DNA of 64,000 nucleotides. Source: Octopus vulgaris (lineage: Eukaryota). The notes under the pieces are model-generated. The model saw nothing but the letters and a program-made list of their open reading frames with translations. It did no database searches and was not told the origin of the DNA. This document shows positions 1 to 12,480 of the stretch, in pieces. The position numbers were made by a program, and so were the translations under genes. Position 1 is the stretch's first letter. Every line of letters starts with the position of its first letter. The stretch spans positions 98,146,001-98,210,000 of the forward strand of contig OX597816.1 of assembly GCA_951406725.2 (NCBI GenBank), in the 5' to 3' direction.

Positions 1-55
1 TATGTGTATGTGTATGTATGTATGTGTGTGCGTATATTTGTATATGTATGTGTGA

Positions 56-96
<41 letters not shown>

Positions 97-315
97 TGGG
101 GGTGTGTGTATGCGTATAAATGCATGTAAGTATGGATGTATGGATGTATGTATGTATGTATACGTATGTATGTGTTTGTGTGTATATGTATGTATGTGTG
201 TGTATGTGTGTATATATATATATATGTGTGTGTATATATGTTTGTGTATGTATATATATGTGTATGTATGTGTATGTGTGTGTATATATATGTGTGTATG
301 TGTATGTATGCAATA

Positions 316-365
<50 letters not shown>

Positions 366-761
366 TATGTATCTGTATGTAGGAGTATATGTGTGTGTGT
401 GTATGTATATGTGTATATATATATATATGTATATTTATTGGTGTATATGTATAGACTAGCCTCCTAAAGTGTAGACACGAATCTGTAGGTACGAGTACGT
501 ATGTGTATATACGTGAACGTATGTAGATGTTTGTATGTATGAATATAACGCGTGCGTACGTGTATGTGTATGAGTGTACGAATGGGCGAATGTACGTGCT
601 AATGAGTGTGCGTGCGGGAATGAGTACTTGCTCTTCTAGTAGACAGACAAATGGACATGCTGCCATAGCCAGGATCCTTAGCTCTAGCGATCAAAGATAA
701 CAAAAGTAATAAATGAAGATAATGGGCGAAAAATTAAAATTAGGGAATGGGCCTGTATTGG

Positions 762-826
<65 letters not shown>

Positions 827-1182
827 GTGTATGTGTAGGTATGTATAGGTACACATGTGTATGTGTATGTGTATGTATATGTGTATATGTATGTATGTGC
901 ACGCATGTATATATATATGTATGCGTGTATATGTATATATGTATGTATATATATGTATATATATATATATATATATAAAATGAGATAGGGGTTGAAAATT
1001 CAACCCACCATGGGATAATATATATCCAATATACTGCTAGATAGGTACCCAACAAAATTAATACATAGATGTTAAAAATTGTCAAACAATCAGTTCATCT
1101 ATTGTATTATATGGGTAAAGGTAATAATATTACCGTAAATTAATACTACAAAATTAGAGAATGGAGATTCTCTAATTTTGTA

Positions 1183-1221
<39 letters not shown>

Positions 1222-1518
1222 TATGTGTATGTGGGTGTATGTATATATAGGTGTAAATATGTGTATATAGGGAACTAGGTGTGTTGTGTGTGCATGAGTG
1301 TATGTGCGTATGAATATATATTTTTCTGTGTATATATGTATGTGTGGTCGTGGGTATATATATACATGTGTGTATGCGTGCATGCATGGGAGTGAGTGTA
1401 TGCATATATACGTGTGTGTATGTGTAGACAGGTATATGCATGTGCATGTGTATAAATTTGTATATGTGGGCGGGTGTATGTATGTGTGTATGTAGATATG
1501 TATGTATATGTGTGTGTA

Positions 1519-1561
<43 letters not shown>

Positions 1562-1605
1562 ATATATATGTGTGTAGATACGTATACATATGTGTATAGG
1601 TATAA
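1..1605. repeat. Compound (TA)n/(TG)n/(TATG)n microsatellite tract
   Basis: Visible di- and tetranucleotide runs; the overlapping YIYI/CVCV ORFs are repeat translations. Confidence 0.95.
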
Positions 1606-1799
1606 GTGAGAATCTCCTTATTTACCTATAACTCTATCCCCCCTTTTTTATATATATATATTTTTTATATATATATTTTTTATATATATATTTTTATATA
1701 TATTTTTTTATATTTTTTATTTTTTATATTTTTATTTTTTTTATTTTTTTATTTTTTTATTTTTTTATTTATTTTTTTATTTATCTATTCTTTCATCTA

Positions 1800-2065
1800 A
1801 CTTACCACTGACTCCTTGACCACTCCCCCAAGTATGATATTTTGCGCTATGCCTACCCCCAAAAAAGTCCCCCACCACCACTCCTTTAAACCTGCCTAAA
1901 TGTATAAATGCTAATACAATTCTTGTTAAATAGCTTCCTGAAGATTTCTCTTGAATGAAACAGTACTAGTCCTGTAGAAGCTCCTTCTATATAATAAATT
2001 AATTTTACTCTGCTATGTATTGAGTACCTTACTTACTGTGGTTAACCCCGAATCAACCCGGGACC

Positions 2066-2068
<3 letters not shown>
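1800..2068 (+). mobile_element. Probable Penelope-like terminal repeat (solo pLTR) carrying a hammerhead motif
   Basis: TATAAA near 1904, hammerhead fold at 1932-1982, AATAAA near 1992, flanked by TA-rich repeats. The association of hammerheads with Penelope pLTRs is established; the family call is inference. Confidence 0.5.
1932..1982 (+). ncRNA. Type I hammerhead ribozyme-like motif
   Basis: Stem I AGCTTC(1932-37)/GAAGCT(1977-82); core CTGAAGA(1938-44); stem II TTC-tctt-GAA with a U.U closing pair; GAAA(1957-60); stem III CAG/CTG; GUA cleavage triplet ending at 1976. Confidence 0.7.
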
Positions 2069-2111
<43 letters not shown>

Positions 2112-2116
<5 letters not shown>

Positions 2117-2161
2117 ATTTCGTAGACAGGAGCTGAAACAAATCAATCGTATATATATGTA
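2112..2161 (+). repeat. 50-bp direct repeat, copy 1 (copy 2 at 7654-7703)
   Basis: tatggatttcgtagacagg(a)gctgaaacaaatcaatcgtatatatatgta; one mismatch versus copy 2. Confidence 0.9.
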
Positions 2162-2257
2162 ATTTTAATCCAAACGGGAAAACAGAAAAAACAACAACAC
2201 GTGGAACAATTACAGTATTATTATTAATAGGCGCTCAGGAAAGATGGAAGCAGGAAG

Positions 2258-2292
2258 GTATGACGTTTCGAGCGGAGCTCTTCGTCGGAAAC
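2258..2292 (-). ncRNA. Minimal hammerhead-like motif (variant core)
   Basis: Reverse complement: GTTT-CCGACGA-A-GAGC-tcc-GCTC-GAAA-CGTC/ATAC. U4->C in the core; palindromic stem III ACGT. Confidence 0.5.
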
Positions 2293-4964
2293 ATAAAGAT
2301 GGAAGAGAGAGGAAAGAAAGATCCCGAGGTGGGCAAACAGAGGGAGAAAAAAAAACGACTGGTGTTTACGAAGTACATATGGTGAAAGGCGGAAGTTTAC
2401 GATAACAAGAGCAAAGTAGGTTTTTAAAGCCAAAAGAGTGGAGACAGGGTTGGTAACGCAACAGATGTGTGTGTATGTGTGAGTGTGTGCGTGTGCGTGT
2501 GTGTATGTGTGTGTGAGGCGAGATAAAAAAAACAAAATATATATGTATATGTTAGTGTGTGCGTCTGTGTGTAGGCGTGTGAGGTAGGGCGAAACAGTAG
2601 TAGGCATAGCAGACAGTGGTCAGTAGTAAAAAAATGAAGGAAGGAGGAAGGGAGGGAGGGGAAGGGGTGGGGTCGTATGTAACGTGCCAGTGTGTGTGTT
2701 GAGTGGTAGTGTGTGTGTCCAGTGTCGTAGTTGTATGTATGGCGAGTAGATTTGAAGTGTGTGTAAGAGTAATGTATATATTTAAGCAAATGTGTGTGTG
2801 TGAGTGGGTGTATGTATGTGTGCGCGTGTGTGTACAAACAGAGGGGGGGGTATAAGGAAAAGGACTCCAGCTGAGGGGAAGATGGAAGAGTGGTCCCGCG
2901 GAGACGGGCGTGGGAGAACCCAACGACAGGCGACGGCCCCAGAAACGAGCCGGAGATCTCGTCGGGTCCAAGAGCGAGGTGCATGCATGCGCGTATGCGA
3001 GCGGGAGCCGGCGCAAGCGCGCGTGTGCGCGCGCCTGCGAGTGTGTGTGTAAGTATGTGTGTGTGTGGATGTGTGAGTGTGTCTGTGTGTATGTCTGGGT
3101 GTCAGTGTGTCCGATGAATGTATGTAAGTATGTGTGTATATATGTGTGTGCATAGATGTATGTCCGTGTGTGTGTGTGTGTGTGTATGTGTATGAGTGTG
3201 TATGTATGTACGTGTGTGTGTGTGGAAGTGTGTGTATGTGCATGTGTGTGCGCGTACATGCAGGTGTGTGAGTGAGTGTGTGTGTATGTATGTGTGAGTG
3301 TGTATGTATGTGTGTGTAGGATGCATGTATGTGTATGGGTGTATGTATGTATGTGTGTATGTATGTGTACGTGCGTGTGTGTGTATGCATGTATGCATGT
3401 ATGCGTGTAGGCGTGCGCGTGTGCATGCATGCATGCATGTGCATATGTGTGTGTGTGCATGTGTGTGGGTATATATGTATGTATATATGTATGTGCATAT
3501 ATGTGTGTGTATGTGCGTACATGTGTGTGTGTGTATGCATGTGTGTGTATGTAGGTGTGTAGGCGTGTGCGTATAGGTGTATGTATGTAAGTATGTATGG
3601 GTGTGTCCGTGTATGTGTGTGTATGTATGTGTGTGTATGTAGGTGTGTGGGCGTGTGTGTATAGGTGTATGTATGTATGTATGTATGGGTGTGTCCGTGC
3701 ATGTTTGTGTGTGTGTGTATGCATGTGTATGTAGGTGTGTGTACGTGTGTAATGTATGTGTGTATGCGTGTGTGTGCGTGTGTGTGTGTATTTAGGTGCG
3801 TATGTATGTGTGTGGGAGTGTAGGTGTGTTTGTGCGTGTGCGTGTTTATGTTGGTGTGTGCGTATGTGAGTGTGTGTGTATGTTTGTGTGTGTGTGTAAG
3901 TATGTGTGTGTGTATGTTTGTGTGAGTGTGTATGTGTGTATGTCTGTGTGTATGTATGTGCGTATAGGAGTATGTAGGTATGTGTGTGTATGTGTATGGG
4001 TGTATGTATGTATGTGTGTGTGTGTGTGCATGTGTATAAGTATATATGTGTGTGCGTATGTGTGCGTATGTGTATGTGTGTGTGTTTATGTATGTGTCTG
4101 AGTGAGGGTATGGCTGTGTAGGTGTGTGTGTGTATGAATGTAAGTGTGTGTGTGTACAAGTGTAATGTATGTAGGTGTGTGTGTGTGTGTATGTGTACGT
4201 GTGCGTGTGTATGTGTATGAATGTATGTGTGTGTGTGTGTGTGAGTAGGTGTGCGTGTATGTATGTGGGTGTATGTATGTGGGTAGGGATGCATGCGTGT
4301 ATGTGGGTATGTATGTATACATACGCACGCACACACCCGAAGCAAGCCCACACACACGAAGCGCGCTCACGCACACAACACACAAACAATACAACGCAAG
4401 CCCAAAGGGCCGACCAAGCCCCTAGTACGCGCCAAAAGGCGCGAGCGCAAAGGCCCTCGAACGACCCGCCCCGCGGGAACCGAGGATCCATCAGCCCAAA
4501 CCGGAAAGCAGAAAAGAGGGGGGGCTGCCTGGATGCAAATAGGTGTATGTGTGTGTGCATTCGTGTAAAGGTGTGCATGTGTGGGTATGTATATATGTAT
4601 GTGTGTGTGCCTACATGTATGTGTGCATGTGTGTGTGTGTGAAGTATGTATGTGCGATGTGTGTGTGTGAGTGTGTGTGTATGCATGTGCGTATGTATGT
4701 GTGTATGTATGTGTGTATGTATGTCTGTGTGTGTGTGTGTAAGTATGTATGTGTGTGTGTATGTATGTATGTGTGTATGTATGTGCATGTTGGTTTGTAT
4801 GTTAGTGTGTGCATGTATGTCTATAAGTGTGTGTGATTAAATGTGTGAATGTATGTACGTAGATGTGTATACGTGTGTGTGTGTGTGAACAGGCGTGTGG
4901 GAGGTAGGTAGGTGTGTGTGTGGGGGTGGTGTATCCGGAAAAAAAAGGGAAGAAGAAGAGGACC

Positions 4965-5328
4965 TCAAGAGGAGGGGGCTGTGTTAAGTCCGAGTGGGGT
5001 AGTAGTTTGTAGGGTGAAGATGTAGCGTTGCTCCAAGTGGAGCCTGGAAAGTGGGCGACCATTGTGGGGGGCGAGACCAAACACTGAGATGTCATGTAGG
5101 GAATGGCCGGCCGAGCGGAAGTGGCGTGCGACGGGAGAAAAGGAGTGTTGGCGAACGTCCCTCAAATGTTCTGTGAATCGGTCGGACAACCGGCGTCCTG
5201 TCTGTCCTACATACAGCATCCCGCATAGGTTGCATTTAATGCAGTAAATAAGGCCAGACGAGGTGCACGTAAAAGAGTGCCTAATGCGTACAGTATGCCG
5301 GTTGGAGCCGGTGACAGCGGTGGTGTTA
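4965..5328 (-). CDS. GIY-YIG endonuclease domain of a Penelope-like element (partial, open frame)
   Basis: LIY-CxxC-LYVGQT, RFxEH and GLN motifs; extends the ORF 4965..5219 upstream. Confidence 0.85.
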
Positions 5329-5329
5329 T

Positions 5330-7600
5330 GTGTTTTGGTATTGGCAACATGAATGGTAATGGTCAGAAACTTCTTTCTGAATTCTGTTCAACTGACCCGT
5401 AGTTACCACAGCGAAGATTGTGACACAGATCATTCACTAACAAGAAGCAGGATGAGGATTCTGCCTAAAATGTCCATCACTCCAAGAAAATGGGTCAAAT
5501 ACGCATTAACACTGCCAGAACCTACACTGCTGTTTCTGTCAAGGTTGCCCTCAGTAGCTGCCCAACCTCCTCTGCTGAAAGTAGGTGGAATTATATCAGG
5601 GAGGCTTTGTATACCACATCAATTGATACTTTAGGCATGAGAGAAAGGAAAAACCCAGATTTTGTTCAGTGCTGGGCTCTCAGACCTGGAAATAATTATC
5701 AAAGCAAAGCGTGCAGCTCCGATGCAATACAAGAGTGATCCTTTAACAAAGTCACTCGAAGAACTCAGAAAGGCAAGACATGAAACCCAACTGACTGCCA
5801 GAAAGAGGTAGTGGCAGGAAATATGTCAGAGTATCCAGTCAGCGGCTGACAGTGGCGACACCCGTGGGATGTATGCCGGTTTGAAGAAGGCCCTCGGGCC
5901 ATCCGCAACCAAGTCAGCCCCTCTGAAATAAACTACTGGGGATCTCATCAAGGACCAAAGCAAGAAAATGGATAGATGGGTGGAGTACTACCAGGATCTG
6001 TACTCACGAGAGTATCCGTAGCTGAGGCTGCAATCGAGGGTGTCAAGATCTTGCCAGTCATGTGTAAACTTGACAGTCTGCCATCTATAGCAGAGCTCAC
6101 CAAGTCTATTGACTCCCTAGCAAGTAACAAGGCTCTGGAAAAGACGGCATTCCATTAGAGATCATCAAAACCGGCAAAAACACCATCCCGCCTCGGCGCA
6201 TTCATGAGTTTCTGTGTCAGTGCTTGGAAGAGGGTACAGTCCCTCAGGATATGCGGGATGCTAACATCATTACGCTTTACTAAAACAAAGGTGACCGTGG
6301 TGATTGTAAAAATTACCGTGGAATATCTCTTCTAAGCACTGTTGGAAAGGCCTCTGCTGGCATTATCTTGTCCAGGCTACAACTGCTTGCTTTTCGAATA
6401 TATCCAGAAGGGCAGTGTCGCTTTAGAAGAAGCAGATCAACTATTGACATGATATTCTCCCATACGCTAACTTCAGGAGAAGTCCAGAGAGCAGAAAATT
6501 CCATTATATATGGCCTTCATTGATCGGCCTTTGACTTGGTAAATAGAAGAAGGCCTCTTCATCCTGCTCCAAAAAATCGGATGTTGACCAAGTCTGCTGA
6601 GGATCATGAAATCTTTCCATTATGATATGCAAGGCACTGTACAGCACAATGGTTCAACATTAGCCGGCTTCCAAATAGAAATCGGGATAAAGCAAGGTTG
6701 TGTCGTTGCTCCTACATTATTTGTCATCTTCTTCTCGCTGCTGCTGTCACATGCCTTTGAGACATCACATGATGGATTGTTTCTGCACAGTAGAAATGAT
6801 GGGAAAGTGTTCTATCTCTCGCGTCTGCGTGCCAAGACCAAATTCAGAAGCGTCCTGATTAAGGAGATGCTATTTGCTGATGATGCCGCTATGGTATCAC
6901 ACACAGAAGAAGCCCTACAAAGGCTCATCAACTGTTTTGAGCAAGCATGTGGCAACATTGGCTTAGTTATCAGCCTCAAGAAGACCAACATCATGGGTCA
7001 GGCTACATCGGACATCCCAAACATACATATTGGAGACCACAGACTACAGGAGGTGGAGAAGTTTACCTGTCTTGGCTCTACCGTCACCTACAACCTCTCC
7101 CTTGATGCTGAGCTCAATATACTCATTGGCAAGGCAGCTGCTGTGATGTCCCAACTCTCCAAACGGGCATGGAACAACAATAAGCTGACCAAGACCACAA
7201 AAATGAAGATTCACCAGGCATGTCTACTTAGCACTCTACTTTATAGAAGTGAGACGTGGACGCCATACACACGCCTTACGACGCCATACGTCACCCAAAT
7301 ATCTTTCACCTGCGCTGCCTCCGGAAAATCCTTCGCATCAAATGGCAGAATCATGTCCCCAACAAAGATGTCTTCAAGCAAGCAGGAATACCAAGCATGT
7401 TTGCACTCCTCACACAAAGACGTATGAGATGGCTTGGACATGTTAGCCGTATGGAAGATGGCAGAATCCCCAATGACATACTCAACGGAGAGCTCGCTAA
7501 GGGCACTAGGTCTGTGGGAAGACCGTTCTTAAGATACAAGGATGTTTGCAAAGGGACATGAATGCCTGCAACATCAATATTACCAAGTGGGAAGATTATT
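5330..7600 (+). mobile_element. RTE-clade LINE, 5'-truncated and frameshifted (end of APE plus RT)
   Basis: FGIGNMNGNGQKL, CDTDHSL, VPQDMRDANIITLY-K-GDR-DC-NYRGISLLS, GIKQGCVVAPTLF, MLFADDAA, GLVISLKKT, FTCLGST, QRRMRWLGHVSRMEDGRIP-DIL-GEL...GRP-LRYKDVCK. Confidence 0.92.
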
Positions 7601-7653
7601 TTATGCGCAACTCCATTGTCTCCCGAGACAAAAAGGTTACCAACAACAATATG

Positions 7654-7870
7654 TATGGATTTCGTAGACAGGAACTGAAACAAATCAATCGTATATATAT
7701 GTATGTATATATGTAAGTGTATGTGTGTGTCTTTGTTTTTGTGTTTCACCCTCATCACTGCTTCACAACTGCTGTTCATTTATTTACATCCACATAACTT
7801 ACTGGTTTCATAAGAACAAACTCATAGAATAAGTACTAGGCTTATCAACATAAATAAGCACTAGGCTGCG
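7654..7870 (+). mobile_element. Degenerate SINE body, same family as 59641-60009
   Basis: ggatttcgtagacaggaactgaaa...(TA/TG)n...tagaataagtactaggctta matches the reverse complement of the 59641-60009 copy. Confidence 0.6.
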
Positions 7871-7998
7871 TCTAATATTTTTGTTTGCCCACTCAGTTGT
7901 ATCTATCACATTATCTTTGTGTGTGTGTATCTATATCTATCTATCTACCTACCTACCTACCTACCTACCTACCTATCTATCTATCTATCTATCTATCT

Positions 7999-8096
<98 letters not shown>

Positions 8097-8132
8097 GAAA
8101 GGTTTGAAAATGCAATTTTAAAAGATGTTTAT

Positions 8133-8177
8133 TTACTTTACCGGTTTCACTCTTTGGATAAAGGTTGTCAAAAGTAA
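8133..8177 (-). ncRNA. Minimal hammerhead-like motif with U3-A8 core covariation
   Basis: Reverse complement: TTACTT-TTGACAA-c-CTTT-atcc-AAAG-agt-GAAA-CCGG-TA/AAGTAA. Perfect 6-bp stem I, palindromic stem III ACCGGT, GUA site, followed by AATAAA. Confidence 0.55.
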
Positions 8178-8631
8178 CATGTGGAAGTTTGGTTGCGTTA
8201 ATTATTGGTTGTTACAAATTGCTACATTACATATATACTGACTTTGGTAACAGGGACATGTTAAAGGCATAAAAAATTTTAACAAGTTCCTTAAAATATT
8301 GGGCACAAAAGATTACAACATAAATAATCATTCTCAAAAACATGTTTGAGATAGTTTCCAGAAGGAATTATTAAAAAGTTCAGTGGAATATTGGTATACA
8401 CGCACAGAATATTATGAGTTCAAAAAGGTTTACGTTATAATAGTAGGGAAGCTAAAACTGACCTGTCCACCATATTATATATGTATATATACATACATAT
8501 ATATATATATTGTTATATTTCGGAATGGTCATATTGCCAGTTTAGCCAATAAAAACACTCGCACTATATATTTGGTGTTATTTTGCTTCAGTGATATTTA
8601 TTTTTTTACATTAATCTTAATCTTATTTCGG

Positions 8632-8671
8632 CCAGAGTTCTTTCGTCACACTCCTGTGACCGCATCAGTGG
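8632..8671 (-). ncRNA. Minimal hammerhead-like motif
   Basis: Reverse complement: CCA-CTGATGC-G-GTCACA-ggag-TGTGAC-GAAA-GAACTC/TGG. 6-bp stem II, 3-bp stem I, A9->C. Confidence 0.55.
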
Positions 8672-8997
8672 TCCTTTGTTTTCTTCTTTCGTATTTGTAT
8701 CTCTCCTTACTAACCGTCAGCCATTTTGTATTTCTATTGTATGTCTTCATTCGCGCATGCTTATATCTCTATGTGCGTCTATGTTTATTTAGTGTGTGTG
8801 GGGGGGATGGCTGTAATATTTGTATCTTCTGTTTATATACATTCATGTAATTTGTATTTTGTTTTTATTGTTGTTGCTTTTGTTCTAATTTTGTTCATGT
8901 GTTTACATCCACCCATTATTATCATTACATATGCTTGTATGTATGTATAACAACAATATTAGTAATAATAATAATAAATCTAACCGAAAAAAAAAAG

Positions 8998-9028
<31 letters not shown>

Positions 9029-9299
9029 CATATACATACATAGATATATATACATATATATAGTTATTCATATATATATATACATACATATACATACATA
9101 GATATACATACATATATATAGTTATTCATTTCTATTTGTTTATTTATCTGTGTATTTATTTATTATGTTTTCGGGATCCTCTATCGTCATATGTTGTGGT
9201 GTGTGCTATTGCTCCATTCTAGTTTTCTATTCAGGCTAGGTTTATTTTCTATTATATGTGTAGCTTCTGTAATTTGTCTAATTGTTGCATCTGTTCTAT

Positions 9300-11400
9300 G
9301 TGTGGACAATATCTTAATCTCTGAAATTATATTCTATGCATAAGTGTCATAACCCCCATGACAATTCATATAATTTTGCTGTTGATGAAATTTTAACCAT
9401 AGATATTAGACACAAATATTTTATAAAATTTCATCTTCTTACAAAGTTAGAAAGACCCTTCCATGGGGACTTAACACCCACAGTTTTGTCATTTTATCTT
9501 AGCAAAAACGAATACAGCTGTGCTCCTGGAAACTGTAGGGTTACCCGAGAATAAAAGTTGGGCATTATTTCTAATTCAATGGTACAACAGCGTAACAGTT
9601 TGCTTTGACATACACTTACATTGTGTTTTCTGCAATGTGTTGCATAAATTGTCAAGTAAATGAGAGGCATCTTTGCCTCCACTGATTCAGTTGCAAAGTG
9701 TTGAGTAAATTTATTTGATTGCCAACTTGCTTTCAGTCTTTTTATTATCGCTCGGTCACACAGAGTCCCCAGACTATATTTTTTACTGTCTTTACTGTCC
9801 TGGTTTTGTTACCATTTTTACCCCCCCCCCCCGCAAAAAAAATCTCAAATTTTATTTAATTTCCCTTTTGCGGGAAGGAATGTTTTGTTGAAGTCGTGTC
9901 TCGCCTTGACCTCCGAAACGCAGAGTAGATGAAACAGAGGCGACTGAAGAAGAGGAATTTTCCTTGTATTGTTTGTCCTGTATTCTAGTTTTTCGTTGTT
10001 TAAGAAAAATGTCCATTTCCTTGGTTTTGTGTTTATGTTTTCGTTTCTCATTGTGTTCGACGTTTGTTGGGTGTCCTGTACCCATATATGCATGTATATA
10101 TACATGTAGAGGTAGGTACGTACATATATGTATGTATATATGCATATGTTTTATTTCTTTCTTAATTTATTGTATGACGGAACGCACGCATCCATTTCTA
10201 AGTAAGTTTGTTCTTAATATATATATATATATTCGTACATACATATATATATATATTTATATATATATATATATATATATGGTATTTATATATAAGAAAG
10301 CTTTCCTATCCACGTGAATAGGAAAGCCTTCTTTTGTCTTTCTAGGGCTTATGAGCCCCTTTATTAGACTATTATTTTCCTTAGTCACTGCCTGGTGGGC
10401 GCCATAAGATTTAATCTTATTTAAAAATATTATTATCATTATTATTATTTACAGGATTCTAAAACACGGCACCGTATAAAAAAAAAACATTCGCACCGAA
10501 AGCTTATATATATATGTGTGTGTGTGTATTTGCGTGTGTGTATGTATGCGTGTGCGCTTGTGTGCGCGGGTGTGTGCATGTGCGTGCATGCGTACGTATG
10601 TACGTATATATGTACTCGTAAGTATATATGCGTGTATTCATGTGTGTGTATGTGTGAGTGTTTTAGGCTACCACTGATTCTTGGAGAGATAATTCCTGAA
10701 GCTTCCTAACTCTTTTGTATGGCAAAGTATCTAATCTACATTCACAAATCATTGTGGAATATCACAGCTACAGTAATGGAACGATGATAATCCGATACGT
10801 AATATCATCTAAAGTGACCTAAATCTAACAGTTGTTACCTTATATTATTTAATGTACGTTATCGCTTATGTTTGTGAGATACAAATTCCACCTAACCTAA
10901 TTAACACTCGTGTTCATTAGATATAATCGTCTAAGTTATGTAATTCCCTTATAATCTCACACTAATACTTGTGAGATATAATAAATCTAGAGCAACAAAT
11001 AAACGATACTTGTAAGATGTCAAACGCGTAAATTGCCCTATCACCTTATACTTATGCTTGTGAAAGTAAATATCACCCAATGTATCGTAACTGATATTTG
11101 TGAGAGGCCGTCGTTCTAATGACTATCAGATGTAATGTCATGTAATGGAATGGTTCTAATGCATTAGCATTTGCGTCCCCATGTGTGTTCTTATAGGAAA
11201 GCGGGACTACCAGTAAGTCAGTATAATGAAAGCAATTCGTCAAAAGGGTTATAATTTGTGTTAGAAATAACATTTTTATACTATATACCATACATATATT
11301 TTAGAAACAATTTGAATGAAAATCTCTGAATCGTAAGTTGTGTTATCAGAGTTTTATTTCATAATTAACAATATACCAATATGCAAAAATCTCATATATA
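9300..11400 (+). pseudogene. Pcdh: Decayed protocadherin remnant (approximately EC3-EC6), interrupted by repeats at about 9770-10660
   Basis: Ordered motifs across frames: NFAVDEILT (~9376), ETVGLPENKS (9529), WNITATVME (10755), QLLPYII (10829), VFIRYNR (~10909), ESGTT (11197). They resemble cephalopod Pcdh HFELNEITG / AISE / INATD / QFLPFQI / VFVKDNG / DSGTP as I recall them. Confidence 0.45.
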
Positions 11401-11615
11401 AGTACGTTTTCTGTAGTATTTTCCATAAAACATCAAAACATCATTTGGGTGGGCGGAGGCTCAATTTCCCTAGCTAAGTATGTAAAAATGAGAACCATAT
11501 CGTGAATAAGTTGTCAACCAGAAACTGAATAAACGTAGCTTCTGTGTGACTCAAATAATCTACATTTTTGCGATCGTAATACACAAGAAGGTTAAAAGGG
11601 GTTCTCATCTACATA

Positions 11616-11994
11616 CACTACCGTCAGAAATTAATTAGCACCCTTGATTTGCTCTTCACTCAAGATATGTGCTGTCATCTAGTGGCCATATCTCGAACTA
11701 TTGCTTTGTTGCGAGTTCACTGTTGCGCAGAACGATGACGTAACTTTGTTTGCAGAGCAGTTTGAGAGTCTACAGCCTTATGATGTTGACATAGCAGTGC
11801 AACAACAACTTGGAGTGCGGATGCAGACAAATCTTCCTTTGTTTAATAGATATAGGTAGCGCCTCCAAGGACCGAAATCACACCATACTAAGTTTTCTCA
11901 TCGCGTAAGACGTTTTGAACAGCTCATAGGTTAATTGATTTAACCTATTTAATGTAGAAATTTGAGAAGTGCTAATTAATTTCTGACGCAAGTG
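11616..11994. mobile_element. Tc1/mariner-type MITE
   Basis: 26-bp TIRs: CACTACCGTCAGAAATTAATTAGCAC versus reverse complement CACTTGCGTCAGAAATTAATTAGCAC; TA on both sides (11614-15, 11995-96). Confidence 0.85.
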
Positions 11995-12344
11995 TAAGGT
12001 TGAGAACCATCAAGCTAATGTAACAAACACATCTTTAGTATTTGTTACACGTGATATATTTGTAGTAAATTGTCACTGAGAATTTGTAAAATTCTATATA
12101 TACAGGTACCGTAATCTGATCTAAAGTAATATAATACCAATATTTATAAGGTATAATATCCTCTATAGAAATAGAATACTCATGCTTATGCGATATACTA
12201 TTATATAAAGTAATCCAACTCTGGTGTGTGAGATGTCAAGTCAGTAAAGATACAAAACCGATGTTACGTAATTTAGTGTTTCCTCTAAAGCAATGTAACA
12301 ATTTTAGGGTATCAGTGAAATAGTACATGTGTTATTAGAAGTCC

Positions 12345-12401
<57 letters not shown>

Positions 12402-12480
12402 GATATAGCGTAAAATCAGTAATAATTTTACCAAGTAGCTAGTACGGAAATAAAAATCTTTTAGGTAACTTTACAAATTA

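Larger units (their letters stand above)
2162..5328 (-). mobile_element. 5'-truncated Penelope-like retroelement: GIY-YIG C-terminus, long microsatellite-rich 3' region, hammerhead-bearing terminus
   Basis: Minus strand 5328-4965 reads HSFTCTSSGLIYCIKCNLCGMLYVGQTGRRLSDRFTEH...PVARHF...EQRYIFTLQTTTPLGLN, a Penelope-type GIY-YIG with Cys linker. Same-strand hammerhead-like motif at 2258-2292. Linking the two ends into one element is inference. Confidence 0.75.

Noticed and set aside
56-1800. YIYI/CVCV ORFs here and throughout the window
   Set aside because: Microsatellite artefacts.
2552-4788. 601-aa and 668-aa His/Thr-rich ORFs
   Set aside because: Translations of (CA/CATA)n, which lacks stop codons; several frames are open at once and no domain is present.
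9870-9950. TTGAAGT...CCGAAAC as another hammerhead
   Set aside because: Stems I and II cannot be formed convincingly.
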